Shown in pieces: positions 49,512 to 59,000 of a stretch of 64,000 bases of DNA. The position numbers were made by a program, and so were the translations under genes. The stretch comes from Thermoplasmatota archaeon (lineage in GTDB: Archaea > Thermoplasmatota > JAKEGO01): positions 320,001 through 384,000 of the forward strand of contig JANQNK010000020.1 in NCBI GenBank assembly GCA_028279595.1, written 5' to 3'. The number at the start of each line of letters is the position of its first letter. Position 1 is the stretch's first letter. The notes below the pieces were generated by a model that saw nothing but the letters and a program-made list of their open reading frames with translations, ran no database searches and was not told where the DNA came from.

Positions 49512-50483
49512 CTAACGGAATATCATCATCGCGTCGCCGAAGCTGTAGAACCTGTACCTCTCATTGACGGCGGTCTCGTATGCCGTCCTCAGCCTGTCCC
49601 ATCCCGCGATGGCCGCGGTCATCAGGATCGGCGCTGAACGCGGCAGGTGGAAGTTCGTCAGGAACATGTCTATCGGGGCGCTGAACTCGTAGCCGGGATA
49701 GATGAACACGTCCGCCGAACCCTGCCGTTTCCCGGTGCTCAATGCCGTTTCCAAGGCCCTCACGGAGGACGTGCCGACGCATACGAGCCGGTCACACCCC
49801 GAAACGGCGTCCAGGACACCCTCATTGATCTCGTACTCCTCGGCCTGCATCACGTGGTCCTCTACCATCTCGGACCTCACCGGAGTGAACGTGCCTGGTC
49901 CGATATGGAGCGTGATGACCCCTATCTCGACGCCCTTCTCCCTCAATTTTCCAAGGATCCCGTCCGTGAAGTGCAATCCAGCCGTCGGTGCGGCGATGCT
50001 GCCAGGCCTTTCAGCGTAGACGGTCTGGTATCCGCCGGCCCCGTCGTCGGTGTGTATGTACGGCGGCAGGGGAACGTTCCCGAGGGACTCCAGCGAACTC
50101 ATGTCAATGGCTGGTTCCGTACGGACGGTCCATTCGTCCCCTTCCTTCCCGACGATCTCGAACCTGATGTCCTCGATGGACCCCGTCGCACCGATCCGCG
50201 GCCGACCCTTGATGAGGGCCGTCCAGGCGTCTCCGGTCCTCCTGTGGAGCAGGAATTCCAAGCGTCCACCGGAGTCCTTCGTCCCCTCCAGCCTGGCAGG
50301 CACTACCCTGGTGTCATTGATGATGACAAGGTCTCCGCTGTCCAGCAGGTCTACGATGTCCCTGAAAACTAGGTGTTGGATCCCGTCATCGACCACCATA
50401 AGCCTGGATGAGTCCCTCGGGGACGCCGGAGTCTGAGCTATGAACTCCTCCGGTAAATGGTACGTGAACCTATCTACTTCCAT
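49512..50483 (-). CDS. queA: S-adenosylmethionine:tRNA ribosyltransferase-isomerase
   Basis: LPEEFIAQTP, NDTRVVPARL, PLPPYI, YQTVYA, AAPTAGLHF, TNFHLP, YRFYSFGDAM. Confidence 0.96.
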   Translation of the reverse strand: MEVDRFTYHLPEEFIAQTPASPRDSSRLMVVDDGIQHLVFRDIVDLLDSGDLVIINDTRVVPARLEGTKDSGGRLEFLLHRRTGDAWTALIKGRPRIGATGSIEDIRFEIVGKEGDEWTVRTEPAIDMSSLESLGNVPLPPYIHTDDGAGGYQTVYAERPGSIAAPTAGLHFTDGILGKLREKGVEIGVITLHIGPGTFTPVRSEMVEDHVMQAEEYEINEGVLDAVSGCDRLVCVGTSSVRALETALSTGKRQGSADVFIYPGYEFSAPIDMFLTNFHLPRSAPILMTAAIAGWDRLRTAYETAVNERYRFYSFGDAMMIFR

Positions 50484-50529
50484 CTGTCCGAACGACCCTG
50501 GTCAGCAGATGACGGGATTGGCCGCCTGT

Positions 50530-50748
50530 CTACTTCTTCATTATCTTCATCCAGCCGTTGCTCTCGTAGATCGCGAGGTTCCTCTCACTCATGAAGGATT
50601 CGAACTCGCCCCACGAGATCTCCTCGAGACGCGCGTTGTTCCCGCGCGTGAACTGGATTCCGTCGGTCCCCTTGACCCTGCCGGGTTTCAGTCCCTTCTT
50701 CTGGCAGATGTCCTTTGCGTTCTCGAGCGATATTATCTCCATAGCCAT
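50530..50748 (-). CDS. Small hypothetical protein (about 70 aa)
   Basis: Strong GGAGGT site and TTTAAAT promoter; KPGRVKG..LEEISWGEF..NLAIY motif. Confidence 0.75.
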   Translation of the reverse strand: MAMEIISLENAKDICQKKGLKPGRVKGTDGIQFTRGNNARLEEISWGEFESFMSERNLAIYESNGWMKIMKK

Positions 50749-50845
50749 ACTCTTACCTCCTCTGTGTCTTATGACTGGCTACGTAATGCGGAACAGGGGA
50801 TTTAAATCTTCCGATGACTGGCCCCCCTAAATTCGACGTTCGGGA

Positions 50846-50958
50846 ACTCTTAATTAACGGGGTCCAGGGAGGTACGAATTATGTCGAAATGAGGGTTTGT
50901 TATTTAAAAAAGACCCGGAAAACGGCTTAATTACGGTACTGGCCCACTCTTAATTACG
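50846..50958. repeat. Three copies of (ACT)CTTAATTA(A)CG in an AT-rich divergent intergenic region
   Basis: Copies at 50846-60, 50926-36 and 50946-58. Confidence 0.55.
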
Positions 50959-51195
50959 AAATGACGGGCCTCGAAATGCCCGATCCCGGTATCGATCCAG
51001 CAAAACCATCGGTCTCGATCCGAGAATCGGACCCGAGGACCTCTGATGGACCATGATATCGGGCTGTCGTTCCACCCTCGTTCCGGCGGTTCCGTAGGAT
51101 CGGCCCGGCCTTTTTATAGCCAAGGGCCGTCCGGTTTCCGTGGAAAGGTATATTTAGAGGGTCCTCTTTCATACGGCCGATAAGGAGAGATACGT

Positions 51196-51912
51196 ATGAT
51201 GCAAGGAGGTCAGATGGCATATGACAGGGCGATCACGGTTTTCTCGCCCGACGGCCGCCTGTTCCAGGTGGAGTATGCCAGGGAGGCCGTGAAGAGAGGA
51301 ACCACCACGGTCGGCCTGAAGTACGACAAGGGAGTCGTCCTGATAATCGACAAGAGGATCACAAGCAATCTCATCGAGCCCCATTCGATCGAGAAGATGT
51401 TCCAGATCGACAACACCGTCGGATGCGCGACATCCGGTCTCGTGGCCGACGCCCGCGTGCTCGTGGAGCGCGCCAGGGTCGTGTGCCAGGTGAACAAGAT
51501 CAGGTACAACGAGGAGATACCGGTCGAGATGCTCGTCAAGGAGATCTGCGACTTCAAACAGTCCTACACCCAGTACGGTGGTGTCCGACCGTTCGGTATC
51601 GCGCTGCTCATAGGCGGCGTGGACCCCGACGGTACCGTGCACCTGTACGAGACGGACCCGAGCGGTGCCATGATGGCCTACAAGGCCGGCAGCATCGGGG
51701 CCGCCCGCAACAACGTCCTCGCGATATTCGAGGAGAAGTACAAGGACGGCATGTCCCGGGACGACGCGATAATGCTTGGGCTGGGCGCCCTGAAGGAGTC
51801 CACCGAGGCCGAAATGAACGCTGAGGCCGTTGAGATAGGCCTCGTCGAGGTCGACGGTGAGTTCAGGAAGATCACGAACGGGGAGGTCCAGACCTACCTC
51901 GATAGACTGTGA
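51196..51912 (+). CDS. psmA: Proteasome alpha subunit
   Basis: YDRAITVFSPDGRLFQVEYAREAV, YGGVRPFG, ETDPSG. Confidence 0.98.
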   Translation: MMQGGQMAYDRAITVFSPDGRLFQVEYAREAVKRGTTTVGLKYDKGVVLIIDKRITSNLIEPHSIEKMFQIDNTVGCATSGLVADARVLVERARVVCQVNKIRYNEEIPVEMLVKEICDFKQSYTQYGGVRPFGIALLIGGVDPDGTVHLYETDPSGAMMAYKAGSIGAARNNVLAIFEEKYKDGMSRDDAIMLGLGALKESTEAEMNAEAVEIGLVEVDGEFRKITNGEVQTYLDRL

Positions 51913-51932
51913 TCGTTCAAGGGGGTGCCTGA

Positions 51933-52661
51933 ATGGTTCTGAGACCCGGTCGAGACAAGGAGTCAGGTGGACCTCTGGACGAGGCCGTCATAGCCCGTTT
52001 CGATTCCTCCGGCGAGCGCTTCGAGGTGCTCGTCGACCCCGACCTTGCGAAGGACCTCATCGAGGGTTCCGACGTGGACCTCGAGAAGGTCCTTGCGGTC
52101 GATGCCATCTTCAAGGACGTGAAGAAGGGGGACCGCGCCTCCTCCGAGGCCCTCAACAAGATATTCGAGACGGAGGAGTTCCTCGTCGTCGCAGAGCGGA
52201 TCATCCGCGAGGGAGAGATCCATCTCACAACGAAGCAGAGGCGCGAGATGCTCGAGCAGAAGAGGAAGCAGATCGTCACCTACATCACGAGGAACGCGAT
52301 CAACCCGAGGACCATGACCCCTCACCCGCCGCAGCGGATCGAGAACGCGATCTCGGAGGCGAAGGTGCAGATCGATCCCTTCAAACCCGTGGAGACGCAG
52401 ATCGACGCGGTGATGTCCGGGATATCGCCACTTCTACCGATCAAGATCGAATCGCTGACCATCGCGGTCAAGCTCCCGGCCGAGGACGCGGCACGCGTTT
52501 ACGGCGACATGAGGGAGTACGGCGACGTGCAGCGCGAGGAGTGGCAGAAGGACGGCTCGTGGGTCGGACTCGTCAAGATTCCAGCCGGGGTCCAGGACGA
52601 GTTCTTCGACAGGCTGAACAGCCGGACCAAGGGCAGCGTCGAGACCAAGATCATACGTTAA
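51933..52661 (+). CDS. sdo1: Ribosome maturation factor SBDS/Sdo1
   Basis: RFEVLVDP, IFKDVKKG, INPRTMTPHPPQRIE; canonical position between psmA and rrp4. Confidence 0.95.
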   Translation: MVLRPGRDKESGGPLDEAVIARFDSSGERFEVLVDPDLAKDLIEGSDVDLEKVLAVDAIFKDVKKGDRASSEALNKIFETEEFLVVAERIIREGEIHLTTKQRREMLEQKRKQIVTYITRNAINPRTMTPHPPQRIENAISEAKVQIDPFKPVETQIDAVMSGISPLLPIKIESLTIAVKLPAEDAARVYGDMREYGDVQREEWQKDGSWVGLVKIPAGVQDEFFDRLNSRTKGSVETKIIR

Positions 52662-52766
52662 TGTCAATGATGAAATGTTGAATGTTGAAATCTGGAAGAA
52701 AACTGAATATTGAAGATTTGAGGAATATTTGAACCGAACATATATTGGAGAAACGAAGGTGAATTT
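52662..52766 (+). repeat. AT-rich degenerate short tandem repeats in an operon spacer
   Basis: AATGTTG-AATGTTG, AATATTG-AAGATTTG, AATATTTG units. Confidence 0.45.
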
Positions 52767-53807
52767 ATGAGCAGAAGTAACAAGGATATAACCGTACCCG
52801 GGACCATCATGAACCCGCCGGGCGAGAAGATGCAGGCGGGCAACGGGACCTTCTGGAACGGACAGGACGTCGTCGCGAACATCGTCGGCCTCCGGAACCA
52901 GAGAGGGGCCTACATGAACCTGATCCCCATGGGGGGCAGGTACGTCCCCCAACCGAGGAAGAACGACCTCATCATCGGGATCATAACCGATACCGCCCCG
53001 AGCTACTGGACCGTGGACATCAACTCGCCGTACACGGCGATGCTCCACGTGAACGACTGCCCCTGGAAGGTGGATTTCGGAGAGACCGTCCGGTACCTAA
53101 ACAACGGCGACGTGATAATCGCGAAGATATCGGAGGTCGGAGAGCTCCGGAAGGTCTACGTCTCGTTGAAGGAGAAGGGCCTCAGGAGACTGGAATCGGG
53201 TCACATCATCACCATGTCGCCGTCGAAGGTGCCCAGGGTGATCGGCAAGAAGGGCTCGATGCTCTCGATGCTGAAGGCCTACACCAACTGCAGGATATTC
53301 GTGGGCCAGAACGGCCGCCTGTGGGTGGATGGCAAGCACGAGAACATCCTGGTACTCGAGGAGGCCGTCAATCGCATCGAGGCGATGTCGCACATGCCCG
53401 GCCTGACCACGGAGATCGAGGCGTTCCTGAAGTCCCGGCTAGGAGAGCCCTCGGGCGACTACAGGGAGCACGACGACCGCCGCGGCGACCGCAGGGACGA
53501 CAGGCGCGATCGCAGGGACGACAGGCGTGACAGAAGGGACGAGCGCCCCCGAGAGGAGGCAAAGCCCGAGCCGGTCGAGGAGCCCAAGGAAGAGCCGGTC
53601 GAGGAGACAGACGAGCCGGCACCCGTCGAGGAGCCAGCTGCAGAGACCGTCGAGGATACCGTCGAAGAGGCACCCGCCGAGGAGACGACTGAAGAACCGG
53701 TCATTTCCATAGTCGGCGCGGACGGCGAACCCGCAGATGACATTAGCGAAGACATCAAAGAAGAAAGTGAAGTGAAAGAAGTGATTTTCGAAGAGGAAGG
53801 TGATTGA
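52767..53807 (+). CDS. rrp4: Exosome RNA-binding subunit Rrp4 with a long charged C-terminal extension
   Basis: S1 domain (WTVDINSPY) and KH domain (KVPRVIGKKGSM, VGQNGRLW). Confidence 0.95.
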   Translation: MSRSNKDITVPGTIMNPPGEKMQAGNGTFWNGQDVVANIVGLRNQRGAYMNLIPMGGRYVPQPRKNDLIIGIITDTAPSYWTVDINSPYTAMLHVNDCPWKVDFGETVRYLNNGDVIIAKISEVGELRKVYVSLKEKGLRRLESGHIITMSPSKVPRVIGKKGSMLSMLKAYTNCRIFVGQNGRLWVDGKHENILVLEEAVNRIEAMSHMPGLTTEIEAFLKSRLGEPSGDYREHDDRRGDRRDDRRDRRDDRRDRRDERPREEAKPEPVEEPKEEPVEETDEPAPVEEPAAETVEDTVEEAPAEETTEEPVISIVGADGEPADDISEDIKEESEVKEVIFEEEGD

Positions 53808-53809
53808 AA

Positions 53810-54541
53810 ATGGGAGGAGGAGGAGAAGACCTGACCTTCATCGATGATGAGGGCAAGCGACTCGACGGGCGGAAGCCGAACGAGCTCCGACCGATCAAGA
53901 TGAAACTAGGCGGCGTACCCAACGCCGACGGCTCCGCTCTGGTGGAGTGGGGCGACAACAAGGTTATGGCTGCCTGCTACGGGCCAAGGGAACTTCACCC
54001 GAAGCACAAGCAGCACCCGATGAGGGCGCTCGTGCAGGTGACCTACAACATGGCCCCGTTCTCGGTCAGCGACCGGAAGAGGCCCGGACCCGACAGGCGG
54101 TCCCAGGAGATATCGAAGGTGCTCTCGGAGGCGCTCACACACGTGACGTTCGTCGAGCAGTTCCCGAAAGCGACCATCGACGTGTACGTGGAGATCCTGC
54201 AAGCCAGCGCAGGCACGAGGTGTGTCGGACTGACCGCTGCGAGCCTCGCCATGGCCGACGCCGGGATACCGATGCGCGACATCGTGACATCGGTTGCCGC
54301 AGGCAAGGTCGGCGGCGAGATCGTCCTCGACCTGTCCAAGGAGGAGGACAACTTCGGAGAGGCCGACCTGCCCATCGGCATGGTCGTGAACTCCGGCGAG
54401 GTCGTGCTGCTCCAGATGGACGGCCACATGACGACCGCGGAGTTCGAGAAGGCCATGGGCCTGATCGAGGATGCGGCAAAGGAGATCTACGGAATGCAGG
54501 TCGATGCCATCAAGGCCAAGTATTCGGAGGTGGGCGCATGA
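53810..54541 (+). CDS. rrp41: Exosome subunit Rrp41
   Basis: RLDGRKPNELRP, NADGSA, YNMAPFS, PDRRS, LLQMDG. Confidence 0.97.
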   Translation: MGGGGEDLTFIDDEGKRLDGRKPNELRPIKMKLGGVPNADGSALVEWGDNKVMAACYGPRELHPKHKQHPMRALVQVTYNMAPFSVSDRKRPGPDRRSQEISKVLSEALTHVTFVEQFPKATIDVYVEILQASAGTRCVGLTAASLAMADAGIPMRDIVTSVAAGKVGGEIVLDLSKEEDNFGEADLPIGMVVNSGEVVLLQMDGHMTTAEFEKAMGLIEDAAKEIYGMQVDAIKAKYSEVGA

Positions 54542-55320
54542 GACAGGAGGTCATCGCCGACATCGAGAGGGATTACATCTACAATCTGGTCAAGCAGGGA
54601 AAGCGCGCAGACGGCCGTGGACTGGACGAGAACCGCGAGATATCCTACGAGATAAATCCGATAACTTCCGCGGACGGATCCGCCCGTGTCAAGATGGGCA
54701 ATGCGGACGTCATCGTGGGCGTCAAGATAGGCATTGGCTCGCCGTTCAACGACAGACCGGCAATGGGCGTCATGATGACCGTGGCCGAGCTCCGCCCGTT
54801 CGCGTACGAGTACTTCGAGACCGGTCCCCCGAGGCCCCCGGCGATCGAGATCGCCCGTGTAGTCGATCGCGGTATCCGCGAGGCAGGGACAATCGACATC
54901 TCGAAGCTCTGCATCGAGGAGGGCGAGAAGGTCTGGATGGTCTTCATAGACATCCACGCGATCAACTTCGACGGCAATCTGATCGCCGCCGCAGGCCTTG
55001 CAGGAACGCTGGCTCTCAAGAACGCCACCGTCCCGGCCGAACAGTACGACGTGGGAGAGAACTTCCCGCTGCCAGTGGTCAACTATCCGATTCCGGTCAC
55101 CAGCGTCAAGCTGAGGCACGGCATCGTGGTGGACCCGACAGCGGTCGAGGAGGTCGTGGCTGACGCCAGGATCACCACCACGTTCGACGAGAACGGCGAC
55201 CTGAGGGCCATGCAGAAGGGCCATGGAGGCTCCTTCACCCGCCAGGAACTGACGCAGATAATCGAGACCAACGCGAAAGTTTCAAATAACATAAGGGATT
55301 TGGTCGGGCTGAAACAATGA
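54538..55320 (+). CDS. rrp42: Exosome subunit Rrp42
   Basis: True start MRQEVIAD at 54538 (ATGA overlap); RADGRG, FETGPP, EIARVVDRGIRE, AMQKG. Confidence 0.96.
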   Translation: MRQEVIADIERDYIYNLVKQGKRADGRGLDENREISYEINPITSADGSARVKMGNADVIVGVKIGIGSPFNDRPAMGVMMTVAELRPFAYEYFETGPPRPPAIEIARVVDRGIREAGTIDISKLCIEEGEKVWMVFIDIHAINFDGNLIAAAGLAGTLALKNATVPAEQYDVGENFPLPVVNYPIPVTSVKLRHGIVVDPTAVEEVVADARITTTFDENGDLRAMQKGHGGSFTRQELTQIIETNAKVSNNIRDLVGLKQ

Positions 55321-55559
55321 CCCGGAGAACCAAGAAGATAGGAAGCGCAGGGCGCTTCGGGCCCAAATACGGGGTGAAGATCCGCAAGCAGATCGCCGCT
55401 CTTGAAGCGAAGAAGGTCAAGAGGCACGCATGCCCCAGATGCCTCCACAAGTCCGTGAAACGTGTGGAGACGTCCATCTGGAACTGCAGGCACTGCGGCC
55501 TCACCTTCGCGAGCGGAGCATACAACCCCAACCTTGGCCGGGTCAAGTACGAGGACTGA
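55317..55559 (+). CDS. rpl37ae: 50S ribosomal protein L37Ae (eL43)
   Basis: AGRFGPKYG, CPRC...WNCRHC..FASGAY. Confidence 0.96.
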   Translation: MTRRTKKIGSAGRFGPKYGVKIRKQIAALEAKKVKRHACPRCLHKSVKRVETSIWNCRHCGLTFASGAYNPNLGRVKYED

Positions 55560-55563
55560 GCAG

Positions 55564-55698
55564 ATGTATCACTGCATCAAGTGTGGATCCCCGATCACGA
55601 GCACCATACACGTGATGGGATTCCAATGTGAGAAATGCGGATGCAAGATCTTCTACAAGGAAAGGGTCAGCACGAAGAAGATCCTTCAGGCCGAGTGA
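55564..55698 (+). CDS. rpoP: RNA polymerase subunit P (Rpo12)
   Basis: MYHCIKCG...CEKCGCKIFYKER, 44 aa, canonical position. Confidence 0.92.
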   Translation: MYHCIKCGSPITSTIHVMGFQCEKCGCKIFYKERVSTKKILQAE

Positions 55699-55910
55699 AC
55701 CGGCTCACCTTGAAGCTCGAGGACAAGGGTATCCTTGCAGCCCTGGCTGTGGAGGCGAAGACCGATGAGAGGATCTCCCTCGAGGTCGACGTCGATTCCG
55801 GTACTGTTACTGTCTCTAGTACAGATATTACAGGGTTGAAGGCTGCGATGAACACCATGTTCAGGATGATCGAGACCGCCGAGGGCGTCTCGGACGTTCT
55901 CGGCGAGTGA
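55695..55910 (+). CDS. pcc1: KEOPS complex subunit Pcc1
   Basis: GTG start overlapping the rpoP stop; DITGLKAAMNT motif; position in the operon. Confidence 0.8.
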   Translation: MNRLTLKLEDKGILAALAVEAKTDERISLEVDVDSGTVTVSSTDITGLKAAMNTMFRMIETAEGVSDVLGE

Positions 55911-55925
55911 AACCCCCCCAAGCAG

Positions 55926-55967
55926 GAGGGCCGTGGAGGCCCTCGGCGCCATTTTTTCTTCTTTCAT
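55926..55967 (+). terminator. Hairpin plus T-tract ending the exosome operon
   Basis: GAGGGCC-GTGGA-GGCCCTC followed by TTTTTTCTTCTTT. Confidence 0.6.
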
Positions 55968-56073
55968 TGATATTCATAGGTAGGCCGAAATATACTGTTC
56001 TCTTGCGAAAATGGGCTTATATTCAAAGAACTGAACCATAAAACCCTTTATTACCTGAATCCTAGGATTTTCA

Positions 56074-59000
56074 ATGAGGGTGTCCAAGATGAAGGGGACT
56101 TTGGCGATATTGTTTATCGTCGTCTGTTTCGCGATGGTTCTCCCGCAAGCGGCGGGAGACACCATCGTTGTCGATGATGACGGTGGTGCGTGGGCGGATT
56201 ATTCCAACATACAGGAGGCTGTAAACGCATCAAGTGAAGGGGATGTGATCCGGATATTCAATGGTACATATTCAAGTCACATTGAGATAGAGATAAACGT
56301 CAGCCTAATCGGGAACGGTACCAACGAGACCAGGATCGTACGAAATTGGACCAATCATGTGATATTCAACGTCAATCACCACAATGTAACGATATCCGAT
56401 ATGATGTTGACAGATGTAACGGGTGATCACTCCACAGGCATATACCTGTACGGTGAACCTCCCGACGAAATCGTCAATGATCTCACGGTAGAGCGTGTCC
56501 TCTTCGAAAACCTCACTATCGGAATAACAATTTCAGGATCGTCAAACAACCGGATCGAGAACTGTACATTCATCGATGAAGAGATCGCTGTCAACATTGA
56601 CTGGTCCACCAACAACTATTATAGGAACAATACAATGATAAACTGTGGTCTGGAATTTGCTGGATACGGAGTGAAGGACCAGAAGTTCGAGTACATGGAC
56701 CATGACATCGATACCTCTAATACCGCGAACGGACGCCCTGTGGTCTATATTAAGGACCAGGTTGGAGGCTCGATCCCGACCGATCCCGGTCAAGTGATCG
56801 TCTTCAACTCTACCGATATCAAGATCGAGAACCTGAACATCACCGATGCAACCGGTGGGATCTATGTCGGTTATTCGGATCGCATCAGTATTTCGAACAA
56901 CACATTGATAGACAACCGACTAGCAGGTATCTTCGTGATCACCCTCAATGATAGCCTGATACACAACAATACGATAATCGGGTCCATCGGTGTTGGGAAC
57001 CGGTACGGAACAGGATTGAAGTTGACCACATATTGTAACAACAACACAGTCTCGGGAAATACCATATCCAATTCCAATGACCAAGGACTAGCACTCACTG
57101 GCCTTGGGACGAACAACCGTATCCTTTCGAATCACGTGTATATGAATGGTGGCGCGGGGATCGGAATTTCATATTCCCACAATAATATGATTTTCGATAA
57201 CATCTGTGATTCGAACCTGATCGGGGTCGGGATGAGTGATTCAAGCTACAATAACGCTACAAACAATACTTGTACCCATAATGAAGAGAGCGGGATCTCT
57301 GTTTTCCGAGACGCACACTGGAATGTTGTTTTCGACAACGTAGTCATGAACAATGATCGATATGGGATCGTGATCGATGGGCTTGAGCACCTCCCCTCTG
57401 GCAACAATTCGGTGATCCATAATCAGATCTTGAAGAATCAGAATTATGGTCTCGCTGTTTTCGAAAAACCGACCAAGGAGGTATCCTTCAATTCCACGAT
57501 CTATGATAACATATTCTGGAAGAACGGAAAACCCACTTCCCAGGGTTATGATGACGGTGTGAACAGCGCATGGGACAACGGAACCACTGGCAATTATTGG
57601 CACGATTACAAGGGTCGGGACGCAGACCACGATGGTATCGGAGATTCTGCTTACGATATCGACGGAAATGCCAACGTTCAGGACCGATATCCCCTCATGT
57701 ATCCTTGGAAAGGATCGTTAATACCCTTCACATGGATCGTCGACGATAACTGGGGTTCATGGTGGGATTTCGACAGCATCCAGGATGCGGTCGATGCGTC
57801 GAGCGATGGAGATACGATCCGTGTGTATTCAGGATATTACGATGAGGCTATCGTACTCGATAACCAACTCTCTATCATTGGTAATGGATCCAATTCTACA
57901 ACCATCCATGGCGATGTCAATGACGGTAACCAAACCGGCGACAACTACAACACGATAACGATTGAGGCCGACTACTGCATCCTTTCCGATCTGTTCATTT
58001 CGTATTCAGGGAGCGAGGAATATTCGGCGGGCATCGGGGTATTTGCCGATGAGATTCAACTTACTAATATCGAGTTACGTCACAATCGGTTTGGTATCTA
58101 CATCAATGGATCCAACAATGTGTCCATATCGAATTTCGATATCCAGGACAATACAGCAGCAATCCGGATTTACGATTCCTCTAATGTTACTATAGATTCG
58201 TTCCAGATATCGATCAACCAATCCTACAACCGGTCGGCGCAAGAACAGACCATCATCATTGAAAGGAGTACGAACCTGTCAGTTATGAGTACAACCGGCC
58301 ATTATCTACGCTTCGTTCGCTGCGAGGACGTATCCGTCGAAGAGTCGACTATTGAACATATGTGGCTTCAGACATCATATTGGGTAACGATCAGCCATTG
58401 TGTTCTCGTCAACGATGATGGTATCATCATGCAGGATGGAGGGATGATCGATATCGACCGTGTAACGGTACGCAACAGTATAGATGACGGAATAAGTGTT
58501 GGCGATGGAGCACGAAAGATCCGGATAACTAACTCCACCATCTCAAACTGTACAAACACCGGCATTCTGCTATCCATTGATACAGAAGATGTATCGATTA
58601 TCGATTGTACAATCTCCAAATGTGGTGATGATGGCATCAACCTCAGAATGGACGTTGTCACAATATCGAACGTCACGATATCCGACTGCAATAGGTCGAT
58701 CATCAGGATCGACGGAGATGATTGTGAAATTTCGAACGGATCATTCAGCAATTGTAGTGGTACTATTCAGGTGCTCCTCGACGGTAATGGGAATATGATC
58801 AAAGACTCAGAGTTCTTTGTTGATGACTCCTATGGGATTTATCTTACCAACATCTGTGATGATACCGAGATATATCACAACAACTTCCATTCACTGTCGA
58901 ACAGCACAACCTTCGTATACCAGGAGAATGGGACATACAACCTATGGGACAATGGTTCTGCAGGTAACTACTGGTCCGACTACGACGGTAGCGATGATGA

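Noticed and set aside
50780-51170. Possible replication origin (AT-rich core, ORB-like TTTCCGTGGAAA)
   Set aside because: Only one imperfect ORB-like site, no G-string repeats and no cdc6/orc1 in the window.
55910-56074. Absence of prefoldin beta after pcc1 and of rpl15e/RNase P genes before psmA
   Set aside because: Fragmentation of this superoperon is common among archaea.
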